A stretch of 63,402 nucleotides of DNA, filler included, from Octopus bimaculoides (taxonomy: Eukaryota), in assembly GCF_001194135.2 (NCBI RefSeq). It is 7 parts of 7 records of this genome, joined end to end, with 100 filler letters (N's around TTAATTAATTAA, not from the genome) between each part and the next. Parts side by side here need not be neighbours in the genome. Positions count along the whole stretch, not along the records: positions 62,123 to 63,402 come from NC_068996.1; 6 more parts are not named here. One strand, written 5' to 3'. The notes below the pieces were generated by a model. The model had not been told where the DNA came from and did not search any database. It worked only from the letters and a program-made list of their open reading frames with translations. Made by a program: the position numbers and the translations under genes. Positions within the stretch are counted from its first letter, which is position 1; every line of letters begins with the position of its first letter. Below are positions 63,313 through 63,402 of this stretch, piece after piece.

Positions 63313-63402
63313 ATTTCCATTCTTCATTCACCTAGGAGCGAAGTATGACTGTGTGCAGGATGGGAGAGGCAGCAACAATAATAGGAATCTTAATTTTTTC
63401 TT

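Overview
AT-rich, gap-ridden, microsatellite-dense eukaryotic DNA. The tRNA-derived SINE families and (TAA)n/(CA)n/(TA)n load look like an octopus/cephalopod genome (inference, not checked against a database). I cannot support any host protein-coding gene; nearly all ORFs in the track are microsatellite, gap or antisense artefacts. The window is a transposon graveyard: at least six SINE families, several R4/Dong-clade LINE fragments sitting in (TAA)n tracts, two L1/Tx1 fragments, several Penelope-like (PLE) fragments, and decayed mariner, Tc1 (one with DD36E spacing) and hAT transposases. The best candidate novelty is at 42058-42568: a 359-bp tandem repeat that folds into a long rod/branched RNA capped by a type I hammerhead ribozyme architecture. 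Its core reads UUGGCAA instead of CUGANGA, i.e. an apparent compensatory U3-A8 pair plus A6G, suggesting a retrozyme/circRNA-like element with a variant core. Other hammerhead-like motifs lie in PLE-like termini. There is also a ~730-bp inverted duplication with a perfect 45-bp core and a ~46-bp hairpin. The TTAATTAATTAA islands inside N runs are assembly spacers. Element boundaries are approximate (read by eye).
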